From Chara braunii (Eukaryota > Plantae > Charophyceae), in NCBI GenBank assembly GCA_003427395.1, contig BFEA01000034.1:2799153-2863152 (forward strand): 64,000 nucleotides of DNA, read 5' to 3'. The notes below the pieces were generated by a model. The model did no database searches. It worked only from the letters and a program-made list of their open reading frames with translations, and was not told where the DNA came from. Numbering within the stretch: the stretch's first letter is position 1; every line of letters starts with the position of its first letter. The translations under genes and the position numbers were made by a program. Positions 1 to 12,860 of the stretch are shown one piece after another.

Positions 1-60
<60 letters not shown>
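1..60. repeat. (CA)n microsatellite running off the window edge
   Basis: Perfect CA dinucleotide run. Confidence 0.98.
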
Positions 61-61
<1 letters not shown>

Positions 62-156
62 TTCATCCATAGGATGAGCAAAAATGAAATAAATCTTCCG
101 CTGAAACGTGGAAATATACAGTGCCCCTTTTTTAGCAAAATCGGAATGAATCGGTT

Positions 157-195
<39 letters not shown>

Positions 196-559
196 TTGTC
201 GTGCCCTCGTTTCTGCTGCGTTCTCACGACGCGCGCCACGCTCCACGTCGTCGATTTTCGCTGCCCGCTCGCGCCGGCTCGGCCCTCCGCCCCTTGCCAG
301 CTTCGCTTTTCCCTGCCCGCTACCTTCCCCGCCTATCTCTGCGCGGGCCTCAGCCCTGGGCCGGTTCCCCCGCATTGGCTCGGCCCTCCGCCCCTTACCC
401 GCTTCGCTTTTCCCTGCCCCCCGGGACGGTTGACACCTCCTCCCGACCGCGGTGTCCCAAGCGGTTTCCATTGGGCCCGCAACCGACCATGTCGCCAGAC
501 CCTTTGCTTGCTTTAATATGTATAGAGATGAATATCATCTTCTCCTAGCATTCATTCAT

Positions 560-3500
560 ACCCAAACCAAGCCCTTGAGACAAGACTTAGAGCCGAGGGA
601 GGAAAGGGATTTGGAAAATCTGACATTGGTCGTAACAGGATTGTTGGGCTAATCATAGTCCAGTCATTAAAAGCAAGCTTATTGTCCCCATTCAGATTAT
701 CCTCTTCTCCTCTCCTTGTGCCTTCCCATTCAACCCTCCCCATCTTCCCTCCCTGGGTTCCTCCTAGCCAGCATTGGTTGAAACGTTGAATATGTTGGCA
801 GATTTCTTTTGTGAGGATAAAAATTATATTTTTTCTTTAGCTTGTACCCATTTAATATTAATATCCGTTTGTATTTGTTGTTTTACCATGTCAGTAAATT
901 ATGGTCCATTAGTCTCACTCCTTCCACTTCATACGTACATCTTCTTAGCCATATTGCCCATAATACCGCTCTCCTTTTCATATTATACAAATTTTATGAG
1001 AATTCATCAATATTTTCAGGGGACCAAGTTTCAAGAAGGATAGCTCTCCAGTCCCATGACCACTGGACTTTTGTTTCCAAGTTAGACGAAATGCGATCCC
1101 ACCACCTCCATAGTCAGATTGCCTTAGGACATTGTAAGAATATATGCTCAATTGTTTCTGGGATTAACTTAGAAGGGGACGCAAATTTACAAAATTTACA
1201 CCAGGGGAGCGCTTTCCCTCTTTGTTCCAATGTTGACCTATCTATTAACCAGTCATTTGTAGGAAGAATCTATGTTTTATTTGCCATTGTAGTGAAGCCG
1301 CTTTTGCAGGTTTAATTTTGGTCTTACTGAACCATTTTACTTTTCTTAATAATTCCTGATTAATATTGAGATGCTTCATTAATCTTTCCTCTACCTTGTC
1401 TTTTAAAAAACAAATTGGTCTAAGCATCCTATAAGTGAATTTCACTAACAGAGTGTGAAGAGCACACGAGTACGTTCTTCTTTTCCTTCTTGTATTAGTC
1501 CACTTCCAATTAACAGGATTAAAAGGAAGATGATTAATGGGTGTATCAGGTTTATAGGCTATTTATTTATCTTTGATTTTTACTACTCTAATCCTTAATA
1601 CTTGATTTTCTGTCACTCTCTTTGTATTATTCTGCTCCTTTATTATAACCATTTGATTGTTATCCATTTCATAGGTAGTAAGGAGTATCTCCCCATTCTC
1701 TTGAGTTGCTACCACATTACCTACTATGGTTGACTGATCAATAAAGCAACCCAATCTCCTTCTAATAACTGAGGACCTTTTTTTAAAATTCTTACCCAAT
1801 CCAAAGACATCCAGCCAATCAAATTCTTCAAAGCTTTCTCAAAATGATGACAATATCTAAGGTGGCCTTATAACTGAGAATGAGTAAACCATTTTTTTTC
1901 TTCACTGTTCCAATTATCTTTTATTCTAACAATACAATTTTTAACCCACCCTTTCCAGGGGAAGTCCTTACATTGAAGGACATATCCTTGAGGATCTTTG
2001 AGAAGACTGTTATTAAAGAGTGATTGTTGACATACCTCTTCCCATATGTCAGGGGGAACTCGATCTGTTAATGGTAATTCCCTCCATGTTTTGATGAGAT
2101 TAGACCAAAACGAATCCTTATGTAAGTCTACTCTTTCCGCCTTTCTATCTGATATACTTTGATCTATTGGTTCTTTCACTGTCCCTCTTGGAATAGTCCA
2201 AGATCTATTTTTCAGCCACATCATTGGATCTATGTTGTCATGTGTTTTCGGAGCAAGCCTTCTGATTTGTTCTCATGCCAACACACTCCATGGGGTTTGG
2301 GGGTTAAAGAGTAGGCGTTTAATCCATTGAATCGATAGGGTCATAGCTTGTAAAGAGGGATCAATGATGTCCAATCCTCCTCTAGTTTTAAGTTGTATAT
2401 TACTGATTGCTATGCTACCCTGCTAATGATCTTATCAAGCTCATTATTTCCTTTCCATTAAAAAACTGATAGTTGGCGCCTCAAGGTTTTTAACCATTTT
2501 TTTATCTCATGCCCATATTGCTGATTTGTACCAAATTGATGTTAGAACCACATTATTAATTATCAGAATACGACCAAAGAGCGAAGTTTACTTATTCTTC
2601 CACAATTTCAGCTTGGCATATGCTTGTTTGGCTATACTATCATCATTAGTTGATGGTTTTCCTGCTGCTGACAGAGAAATACCCAGTACCCTGATGGGGG
2701 TTTCTAAGGGTAACCATTTTACTTGGAGAATTTCAGGGGGCCTTACTCCTTGATGATGAATTCACCAACCCATAGTTTTATTTCCCCAATTTACCCTCAT
2801 ATAAGGCAGTCTACAAAATTTAGCCATCAGCCTTTTAATTGCTTCCATATTCATCTTATATGCTTCTACCATCAGGGACAAATCGTCAGCAAAGAGAGAA
2901 CAAACAGGAATCACTTCCTCTGGAATGGATGACACTCAAATTCTTTTAATATCTTTGTGTTATCTAAGGTTAGCTGCTAAGGCCTCCATGATTATGACAA
3001 AAAGAAATGGGGCAATTGGGTCTCCATGTCTAACTGATCTCTGTAAGGAAATGGGGGGAGCTACATTACCATTGACCATGACCCTGGTTGTAGCATTACT
3101 ATGTAGAATTTTTACCCACCTCCTAAAGTTTGGACCAAAGTTAAATTTTTCTAAACATTTGTCTAGAAACAACCAATCCACATGATCATAGGCTTTTTCA
3201 AAATCTATAAATATGAATGTTGCATTATGTTTAGATTGTCATGATATCTTGATCAACTTATTGACTAATAATATATTATCTTGGATATTCCTTCCTGAGA
3301 TAAACCCTGTCTGTGCAAGATAAATAATTTCAGCAATGACTTTGGTTAATCTATTTGCTAAAGCTTTCACCATTAGCTTATAAACCACTTTTAATAGTGT
3401 GATAGGACGATAGTTACGAATGTTTGTTTTATCCCCTTTTATGTAAAGAAGAGTCAATACCCCTTGGTCCACAAATTCCCCAATTTGTCCTGAGTTTCAC

Positions 3501-4600
3501 ACTGTCTAATAGAGTTCCATGAGTTCTTGAGAAAGAAAATCTCATAGGGTTTCACAAAATTCATTGGGGAAATTATCTATGTCTGGGGTTTTTTCCTTCT
3601 TCCATAGACATTAAAGTTGTCCATATTTCTTTTTTGGAAACAAACATTTCTAATTCTTTTTTTTGTTCTTCAGTTAGTGATTTGACCAAAGGTGTAAGAA
3701 AATTTTCTATTTCCTGAATTCTTGGAAGCTTTGGGATATCTTTAGTTTCTGACTTGAAGAGATCCTGGAAAAAATCTCTAGCTATTTTCATACATGATGC
3801 TGATGACGTGGACAATGGATCGTTTATTCAGAAAGGGTCTTCTAGGGCTTCAATAATTGTACGCCCAAAGTTAATTTTTGCCGAAGAAAAAAAATTGCAT
3901 CCATTTGGTGTTTTCTCATCTTGCCTCTAATCCTTATTCCTTGCCATCTATATTCCATTTGAGTCAGTAATTGATCTTCCAATTCTTGGATTTCTTAAGC
4001 TAAAGGTTCTAACACCTCCATTTCTTCACATTCATTCTCCTATTGTTGTTGTTGAATTCTCTGAAGCAAAATTGTTTCCTTAGAGTGTCTTTGTAAGGCA
4101 AGGAGTTTAGAGTATTCATTACATGTACGTCCTAAAAATGCTAGGTCATTATTAAACCATTGTATATCGTCTTGGATGAGATCTCGCTGATTACACCAGA
4201 AACTTCATATCTATTTGAGGAAGTCTAATGTACTTCTGCAAAAAAAATGATACTCGTAGACTTGGTGCACATTAGACAATCATTCGATGCAACATACACC
4301 AACTTACGAGTTGAAGGAAAAAGAGAAGGAATAATATTCTCACACTTTAGATACCAATGCGTGTGGACCATGCGTAGGGAACATCCAACCCATACATAGG
4401 GGTGTGCATAGAATCGGTCTCCGGACATACTGTAAAACTACCCACCACGAATGCATCTATCCTGACCTGGTTTTATTCAGGGAGACCACTTCTACATGCT
4501 TAGCACAAAAATAGACAGTCGATCGATGTTACATACACAAAAACATGGGCGTGTGAAGGGACAGGGTTCCATACATCTTTCAATGCATCAGCGAGACGCA
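560..4600 (-). mobile_element. Degenerate L1/Tx1-clade LINE ORF2 relic (endonuclease end, RT, C-terminal Cys-His region)
   Basis: Minus-strand fragments KGDKTNIRNYRPITLL...KALANRL...QTGFISGRNIQDNI (3239-3472), DWLFLDKCLEKFNFG...SVRHGDPIAPFLF (2960-3181), WRELPL...PWKGWVK...RIKD (1868-2224), CKFC...ETIEHIFLQC near 1130-1200, RIDAF-like motif near 4450. Many stops and frameshifts; colinear with the LINE at 53769-56991. Confidence 0.9.
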
Positions 4601-4827
4601 CATTTCATACACATCATAATCCTTGGCTCAACAATCAACAACCATCCGTGCTTTCAAGACATTCAAGCAATTAATCAATTTTGGCAATCGCCATACATTC
4701 TGTGCTGAAAAAAAAAGAAATGAGGAAGAGAAAGATAACTCATACATCAATCAAAGGAAACAAAATCTGAGACTGACACAAACGAAGATGGCCGAAACTA
4801 TAAATCAAAATTATACAGAGGATGCAA

Positions 4828-5183
4828 GAACAAACATTTTGTTAAAATTGACATTTTTTACTATTTTCATGAAAATTGATCTTCCAAAAAAACACAGTAT
4901 TTTTTAGTATTTTTTTTGTGTCGACCACATCAGACCATTGATGGTCCGGCGTCCCGGACATCAGATCTGCCTTGATTTTTTTTCATTTTTTTATGACCCT
5001 CGGATGTATTTGGATGGTACTTTACGTCGAGATACATTAGATGGTCCGGAGTCCCCAGGACGTCGGACCATCAATGGTCCAATGTCGTGGGCACAAAAAC
5101 ACGCTAAAAAACACAGTTTTTTTCTTGGATGCCCAATTTCGTGAAAATAGTAAAAAATGTCAATTTTAACGAAATGTCAGTTC
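4828..5183. mobile_element. Non-autonomous long-TIR (foldback/MITE-like) DNA element, copy 1
   Basis: Over 100 bp of imperfect terminal inverted repeats (CATTTTGTTAAAATTGACATTTTTTACTATTTTCA... / ...TGAAAATAGTAAAAAATGTCAATTTTAACGAAATG); close copy at 47132-47494. Confidence 0.85.
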
Positions 5184-5205
5184 AAGGAGATAACAAAACT
5201 TCAAC

Positions 5206-5207
<2 letters not shown>

Positions 5208-5264
<57 letters not shown>
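5208..5264. repeat. (CT)n microsatellite
   Basis: Perfect CT run. Confidence 0.97.
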
Positions 5265-5267
<3 letters not shown>

Positions 5268-7291
5268 GTTCCACGATGCGGGCAATCTGTTGCCCCACAC
5301 CTACCAATAACCCGAAGTTGTCATCCTGCTTAGTACGAGCATGCAAACCAGGTTCGCCTGTGTACCACAGCCCTTCGCGGTCACACGTCAGCCCCGGATA
5401 CCCAGCACCAACTCGTTAGATCGCCCAACTCCCTACTCACCATTCAATCTCTACTCGTTAGCCGATCCTCTCGACCTCGCTAACTCCAAATGTAGATTAG
5501 AGAGCGAATTGGTCGCACTTGCAAGATTTATAGCATTTGGTATTTGCGCGAGATAATTCTGGATTATGTTGAAGCAAGGAGAAGAGGAGGAAGGGAGTTC
5601 CTAAAGGTACATGATTGGGCCGCGGCGTGGGGGACGCAACCACTCTCCATGCATCGATCTGATCATGCATCTTCTTGACCAATGAGATAGACAAAAAAAA
5701 GGCACAAGTTTTAGCACGAAGAAAAATCAAGAGGGAGATGATTACAATTGCACCCGCGCTTGCCAAGAAGGAGCAAGAAAAGATTACAGTTGCGATCATA
5801 ATTTAGGCGCTGCGGGAACAGAGCCTAAGACAGAATGCAGTAAGGCGCGCACGAGTAAGGAGCATTGTGCAGTTACAACAACAAATTATGATGCCCCTAA
5901 TTCCTAACCCAATTTTAAAGTCATAATTCCCGTTGTTCCTCGTACTTCAAAAATTCAAAAAAAAAATATATGCGCGATGATCGCGCCTAAGTCCCTATCC
6001 TACTTTTAGCAGAATAAAAAAGAAGTTATGACAACAATTATTTTTCGCGTGTGCTAAGGCGCTCCCCACTACTAACCGCCATGAGACCAAACTCTTCCAA
6101 AAGATGAGAGCATTTTTGCAATTGGGTCGGCCCCTCCCATTCAACCCCCGAAATACAGCCACGCAGAAAACCGCGTGTTTCATAAAGTAGTTTGTCACAA
6201 TCTTTTGTTTTTCTTTTGGTTTTTCAAAGGGGCTCACAAGGTCCAATTGCCGAGCCTCGTCCAACCCCCGAAAAGTTGAGAAAAGATGGGAAAACAACCA
6301 GTTTTCCCGTTTTTCCCAAGAGTGACAGAGGTAGTGGTGGTTTAACCACTTGTGCTCAATCTCAATAAACTATTGATTGCAAGTATTTTTCAAAATTCCA
6401 AAATTTTGAAAACTTAACTCCTTCAAAAATTCTTTTTTTGTTTGCGATGTCATGAATTTTCGATTTTTTTCGGTCCAGGAATTCACTGCTTCGTTGGGGC
6501 TAACCGCGAGTATTTATAGTCCGAACTTGGGTTTCACAATCAAATCAATTATTGGTGGACAATGCTCTTGCTTTCTGAAAATTTGGATGTTGCTTGTGTT
6601 TTCAGTACTCGACCATGTTGGACTGAACCATGCTCATCTACCTCAACGACGTCCTGGTATACATTCAGACTTTGGACAACCATGTCGAGCACTTACATGC
6701 CATTTTGAATCGTGTTCACATGGCTAAGTGCAAGGCCAACTATGACAAGTGCGAGTTCGCTTGTCAAGAGCATGAGCATTTGGGTCACTATGTGTCCCCG
6801 CAAGGCATTCGTCTGCTTGAGGTTATCCAAGATTGCCCCAAGCCAACCAACACCAGGACAATTCGGTCTTTCATAGGATCTTCATCTGGTAACAAAGCTT
6901 CATCAGCTGCTACGCACGGATAGGCACACCTTTCACGCGACTTCATACCCCAACGGTGCCATTCGAGTCCAAAGATGGTGCACGAGTTGCATTTTGGACT
7001 CTCTCAAGATGCCAGTGCTAATGACTCACGTTGATTACCGGCAATAACCCGCTCACCTTTGGAAAGACGCAAGACACCGCAAGTACCATCGCAAAGTCGA
7101 TGCACTTTATTGATCAGTTCGATTTTGGTGTGCAACATCTTCGAGGCACGTTTAAATAAGTTGCAGATGCTATTTCATGCCAACCGGATTTTCGGTGCAA
7201 TGATGCACCACACGTTCGTAGGTGATGAGAGTTTTGCACCAGCATTTTATTTAAGGATACAAGTTCATATTGGATAACCTCACGTTCGCCC

Positions 7292-8126
7292 TGTGACGCG
7301 CAAGCTTCCGGACCTGCACCATCTTTCATTCCCGCTTCTGTAACTGTATCTCTCTCTTCTTGACTCTCTCACCTTTCTTCCCGCTTTCTTCCTTCCGACT
7401 GTGCATGCATCTTCCCTCACTTTGATAGGCCGACGCACCGCATGCCTGGATCGATGCATGGAGAGTGGCCGCAACCCCCACGCCGCGGCCTGACCATGCA
7501 GAATGTAGGCACTTCCCTTCTCTCTTCCTTTTTTCTGTCTTGGGTATGATCCCGAGTTTTTCACGCAAACGCGCATGCTATAAATTTCGCAAGCGCGTCT
7601 GCCTCGTGATCGGCCCTAACTGGCCCCCTTTCAATATCTAACAACGGTCCCTTGGTGCGCGATCATCCCCTACTGGCCACGGACCCCGTGCTCAGAGTGT
7701 CAGCAAGACCATATTCACCGCGCGGCAGGATTCGTCCGCCAGTCCTGAACTGAGGCGGACCAGCGATCGCACAGTCTCCGAAGAGACCAGCCTCGTCAGA
7801 CTCCGAAGTCTACTACGAGCGACGTCTATGGCTAACCAGCCAGCGCGACACTCATAGCGTCCCGGAGGTCCATCAGATCCGAGACTGACCACGACGCCGA
7901 TGCTCACACCAACGGTAGCCTTGTGTCCCGAAGGTCAAGCTACCAACGCAACTCGGGATTACCATCTTGCTCAATTACCCTTGAACTGGCCACAAGGAGA
8001 TCCCAGTTCCGACCTGGGACTCCACTACAATTTCCTAAAATCCTTGGCACACCCCTATTTCGCACTTTCGTGCCCCCATCCCACTCCGATCGGGAAGTCG
8101 AGCTGGGCGTGAGGTTGGGCGTCACA
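7292..8126. mobile_element. Probable solo LTR nested in the chromovirus relic
   Basis: Perfect 8-bp terminal inverted repeat TGTGACGC...GCGTCACA; flanks GCCC/ACCC (3 of 4 match); last ~100 bp homologous to 9496-9608. Confidence 0.65.
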
Positions 8127-8623
8127 ACCCTTCCTAGCATCGATCTTCTTTTCGGCAGCTATAAATTCCGCAAGTGTTTTCGAAAAGCTCTCTCTCTCTC
8201 GACTCATCAGCCCGCTTCCGAGAAGCTGTGGCTAGGTAGTATGAAGGAAGGTGCGAGTCGAAAAGTCCCGACGAGCTGGCTGTGGTTTTAGCACTCGGCA
8301 TGCTGGATCGGCTGACGAGCTGTGGGATCCAAGCAGGGCCGTGCAAAGACTAAGTCGGCGGGGTGACGATCGCGATGGTAGGTTGGCACATGACAGCGGG
8401 GATCATCAGTGCAAGTGAGATGTTCGAGTCGGAAGTGAGTGAGTGCATGGCCTGGGGCTATGGTGGAATTTTATGGCAGAAGTGCTTCCCCTTTTTTCCC
8501 CAAAATTTGTACCTTCGAGTGTGAATTCCGATCGCTCGGCTTTTAAGCTGGAACTTCCGTGGACAAGATTGCCTGACATTCTATGATTGCTTTCTACTCG
8601 TCTTTCCCTCCCGATCTGCGTCT

Positions 8624-8625
<2 letters not shown>

Positions 8626-8675
<50 letters not shown>
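8626..8675. repeat. (CT)n microsatellite
   Basis: Perfect CT run. Confidence 0.95.
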
Positions 8676-8678
<3 letters not shown>

Positions 8679-9249
8679 CATGTTATAATGTAATGGATGA
8701 ATTATGGTAACCTTGCTTCTCTCACTTCGATATGGGCATGCGGTGAGTAGTCTGACAGAGTTGTTATAACATGATTTTAAGGACGATTGGCTGATCGACT
8801 CAATGATCTGGATGCCTGGAGTGTCAAAGGAATGATTTATGATTGAGATCTGTTTTGAGCTTACCTTTGCTGCCATGTGGACTGACTGCCCCAACCTGAC
8901 CGGGCGCCAACTTCCCGTGCCCCCGCCGCGCCCCTTCCCGTACAACGAGGAAACGATACGTGTATGCGAGTGGGACGTACGAGAAGCCGTCGCCAAAATT
9001 GGAGGGCGTTCTTGGTGCGGGTTTTGTTTTCATTGATACGCACTTTCCGCCCTATTCGTTGTTATTTCCATTTACCGAACTGATCGTCGTCCCATGGATG
9101 GCAGTGGAGCCTCATTGGCCTAACACTGCAGCGATTGTCGTCGCTTCGAGCGTTACCAGGCCAAAGGTTTCCACTATCGTACACATGGCGAGGACGAGCA
9201 CAAAAAGAAGGCTACTCTATTGAGGCCCTCCACATCGGACTCGAAGTTG

Positions 9250-9608
9250 TGTAACGAGCGCCGACGAGACCTCATCCGAAAACGGGATAGCACATGTGTA
9301 CCTGCCCCCTTTCACACGAAACAAAGAGCGACGGCTCGCTGGGAAGTCCAGCGATACGCTTTAGATTGAATTTCCCATAGCTGCAAGCCCCGCGCGCGCC
9401 TTTTTCTCTCTTAAAACCCGCGTGGCAACGAATGATCTCCTTGCTACCGTCGGACCAACATGAGGGATTTCAGTGCTGTCTATGTCCTCGCACTCAATTT
9501 TCAAAAATCCTTGGCACACCCCATCTTTGCTGCCCTTCCCCGGGCCCCCTTTCGCAAACCAAAACACTCCGACCGGGAAGCAGCGCCCGGCGTGAGGTTG
9601 AGCATCAC
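9250..9608. mobile_element. Short degenerate LTR-like insert related to 7292-8126
   Basis: Starts TGTAACG; ends with the shared block AAAATCCTTGGCACACCCC...CACTCCGAyCGGGAAG...GGCGTGAGGTTG.GCrTCAC; integrase-related sequence resumes after it. Confidence 0.5.
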
Positions 9609-11837
9609 CTGCCTTATGAGGCACTCACTTTGTAGGACCAACCGACAAGCCACTACCGCATCGCTGATGGATTCTTGCTTCTTCATACTCGTGGCAAAGA
9701 CTTGTTAGGTGTTCCTCACAAATGTTCTCTCCGGACTCACTTTCTACAAGTAATGGGACTTTCGGATCATTGCTTGCTGGCCATTTTGGAATCAACGGCA
9801 TGGTCGAGCGACTTCGACAACCGTTCTCTTGGCCCGAGTTGGTGAAGTTTGTCAAGCATTTTGCAATGTCGGCGCCTAGCACAGCCTTCCAAACACAATC
9901 CCTATGTCAAGTTGCGACCGTTACCCGTACTAACGAGCTCAGTCTATCTATTACTATGGATGTCTCCGGCCCCTTCCCTTCCGATCAATTCGATCACAAT
10001 AACATTCTCATGGTGGTTAAATGCTTGAGCAAGTACAATCGGTTCCTCCCGTGCACGTAACATGCAACCGCTCCCGAGCGCGCACAAATTTTGCACACCG
10101 GTTGGATTTGCGGCCATGAAGTTCCGCATGACATTGTTAGTGAACCTGATTCTCACTTTATGTTGACCTCTTGGACCACCCTCATGAAGGAGTCCGGAAA
10201 CAAGATGAAACCGAGTTAAGCTCCGCACCCACAAACGGACCAGCAGATGGAGTAGGCGCATTAGACCGCTCCCGGGCTCGCACAAATTTTGCACACTGGT
10301 TGCCATTGAGTTCCACATGACATTGTTAGCGACATTGTTAGTGAACCTGACACCCAGTTCATGTCAACCTTTTGGACACCCCTTGTGAAGAAGTCCAGAA
10401 CTGAGATGAAACAGAGTTCAGCTCTGCACCTACTAGCAGACCGATAGATGAAATGGGCGCATTACACTGTTCAAATGATGCTTCATACTCGTCCATCCGG
10501 ATCAGAGGGCTTGGGTTGCAACCCATCGTTGCAACCCAAGTGATTGAGTTCGCCTACAACAATTCGTTGCATCGAACATTTGGCGTTACTTCATCCAAGT
10601 TTTACGACGGTGGTCCGAGAGGCCAAGTTTTTGCAGACCTTCCTCAGGCAGCCGATATTGAGACAACTTGCACACCTCCCTCTACTCGTAAGATGCGTGA
10701 GTTGCTGGCCAAAGCCCTCATGCATATGCAAAAAGCACACGGTCGTATGCAACATCAAGCCAATTGGCATCTTGTGCCTTGTCCGATCCATGAGGGCAGA
10801 GTCTTGTATGGGTCTCCTTCTAGGTGTTTCAACTCGATCAAAACATCTCTCCCAAACTCGACGACAAGGTCTCCCCAAATGCTTTGGACCTCGTCCATTC
10901 TTTTCAGAGCTGGCAACCGGTCTATTGGCCCCTCCTTCGCCATCCACATGCCACTTCACCTCCGCATCCACCCGGTCTTTCACCTATGTTTCACCTGAGA
11001 GCTAGGACTTTCCAAACAGGCGTGAGGAAGATCCTCCTGATATGGATGGACACCAAGAGGTTGACCGCGTCATTACTCATCGCCACCACAAAAACAAGCC
11101 AATGCAATACAAGGTTCACTTCAAGAAAAGTGATCCCAACTGCATGTAATGGATCACTCGAGCAGACTTGCAATCCTCTGCACCAGACATCTACGTCCAT
11201 TACGAGTCTCTTCTAGCCAGGACTCAGGACAGGAGATGGCCCAAGAGACAGGCGGAGGTGGGATCGAGTAGGCCCAACACTATATTTATCGCTGGGCGGG
11301 CCGCATTCTACGGACTCAGCATTGGAGAGATACGCGACTACTCTACTGCAGGACGCTGCATTCTGGGAGTGATGCTGAGGAGAGCTGCACTAGAGTATAG
11401 GTTAGAGGAGATAGGAGGACAGGGAGTAGATGCCAGGAGGTGCCGAGGAGGAGAGGGCTGACTTGCAGACTCACCTGCTGGACGCCTTGCCAGGAGATTG
11501 TCTTCAGGCCTGGTAGAGAGATCTGGGGATGCTTTGGGGTGAGCATTCCAAGGGACAACCAAGGGTTGCTGTTGAGATGACACTGGCCGGATCTGGGGCA
11601 AGTCGTGTTGCTCTGTAACCTAGCCAAGTGGGAGTGTGAGGCCTGGGAGAGCCCGGCAGGGAATAGAGACAGTGTTGGACAGTTTTAGTGAGTTCTGTTT
11701 GGGAGTCTAGGGGTTCTGAGCATTTGAAAAGAGGTTAGTAGTCATTCGTAGTTTTTCAACCTCCTTTTTTCTCTTGAATTCCTTCAATAGTTTTTCAACC
11801 TCCTTTTTTCAGATTGATCCTCAGCCAAAGCCGAGTA

Positions 11838-11965
11838 ATGGCCCCGGTATCTCAAATGAGTTGTGTAATCCTATATGGGACGCTTGGCCCGGTTCCCAGG
11901 ACATGTTGCTCCCCACGAATAGACTGGAGCATTTGTCCCAAAGAGGAAAAAAAACGAAAAAAAAA
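11838..11965 (+). mobile_element. Short LINE 3'-tail fragment with A-rich end
   Basis: ATGGCCCCGGTATCTCAA shared with 23865; GGGACGCTTGGCCCGGTTCCCAG...GCTCCCCACGAATAGACTGGAGC matches the LINE 3' UTR at 56791-56843. Confidence 0.65.
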
Positions 11966-12035
11966 GGAGATTGTCTTCAGGCTGCTCCTGCAGCACAGCT
12001 CATGACTGCATCTTTTTGCTGGTCATCATCCGCTT

Positions 12036-12605
12036 CACACACACACACACAGACAGAGAGAGAGAGAGAGAGAGAGNGAGAGAGAGAGAGAGAGAGAGAG
12101 ATCTTTCTTCACCGATTTTCTTCCAAATCCATCTCTTCTTCTTTTGTCATGAAAGGGAAATTTTGACACTCGGCAACTATTCAGGCTATTGACTTGGACA
12201 TTGCATACTGGACAGACACTCTGGGGGACTTTTTGGGGGGACTTGTGAAGACTATTCTTTCGCACGGCTATATAATTGCATTTTGCCGAGAATATTTCCG
12301 CCTTTACTTATTGTGGGTTTTATTCTGTTTTCTGAGTCTCTGTGGCCTGCTGCTGATGTATGCCCATGTGCTTGGCTGTTCTGCTCTTGATTTCCTTTGA
12401 CTTCTGAGTCTGAGATTGTTGTTGAGGGCTGCTGTTGGCCTGTTTTGCTGTGATTTCTGAGTCAGTCTTCTTTCTGTGAGAGTGCCTGCGTGCATTTCTT
12501 TTCCCTTTCGATAATGACGCATGTGCACAACAGATGTAAGAATGTGTGCTTGTGTGTGTGTGTGTGTGTGTGTGTGTGTCATGTGCCCTACAACAGATGT
12601 AAGAA

Positions 12606-12669
<64 letters not shown>

Positions 12670-12860
12670 GGGGTGGTTCTGTCCCACCGTTTACCACGCA
12701 TTTCTGACTCGGGCTCAGGTACGTATCCAGATTCATCCAGATTCAGAATGGAAGCTCAATTGCAGGACACACACACGCACACACACACACACACACATAT
12801 GCGCGCGCGCGCGCGCACACACACACGCACGCACACACACGCGCGCACACACACACACTA
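12036..12860. repeat. Compound microsatellite cluster (CA/GA/GT/CG) with a short duplicated unit
   Basis: (CA)n(GA)n at 12036-12100; CATGTGC..ACAACAGATGTAAGAATGTGTGC(GT)n twice at 12520-12660; (CA)/(CG) mix at 12767-12858. Confidence 0.9.

Larger units (their letters stand above)
6620..11220 (+). mobile_element. Decayed Ty3/gypsy chromovirus pol (RT, integrase, chromodomain) interrupted by nested inserts
   Basis: RT fragment LIYLNDVLVY...KCEF...LGHYVSPQGI...RSFIG (6630-6900); integrase LAGHFG...SITMDVSGPFP...ILMVV..LSKY (9770-10060), EFAYNNSLH (10547), IHPVFH (10966); chromodomain-like EVDRVITHRH...QYKVHFK...WI (11057-11200). About 190 bp of integrase is internally duplicated (10067-10440). 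Confidence 0.85.
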
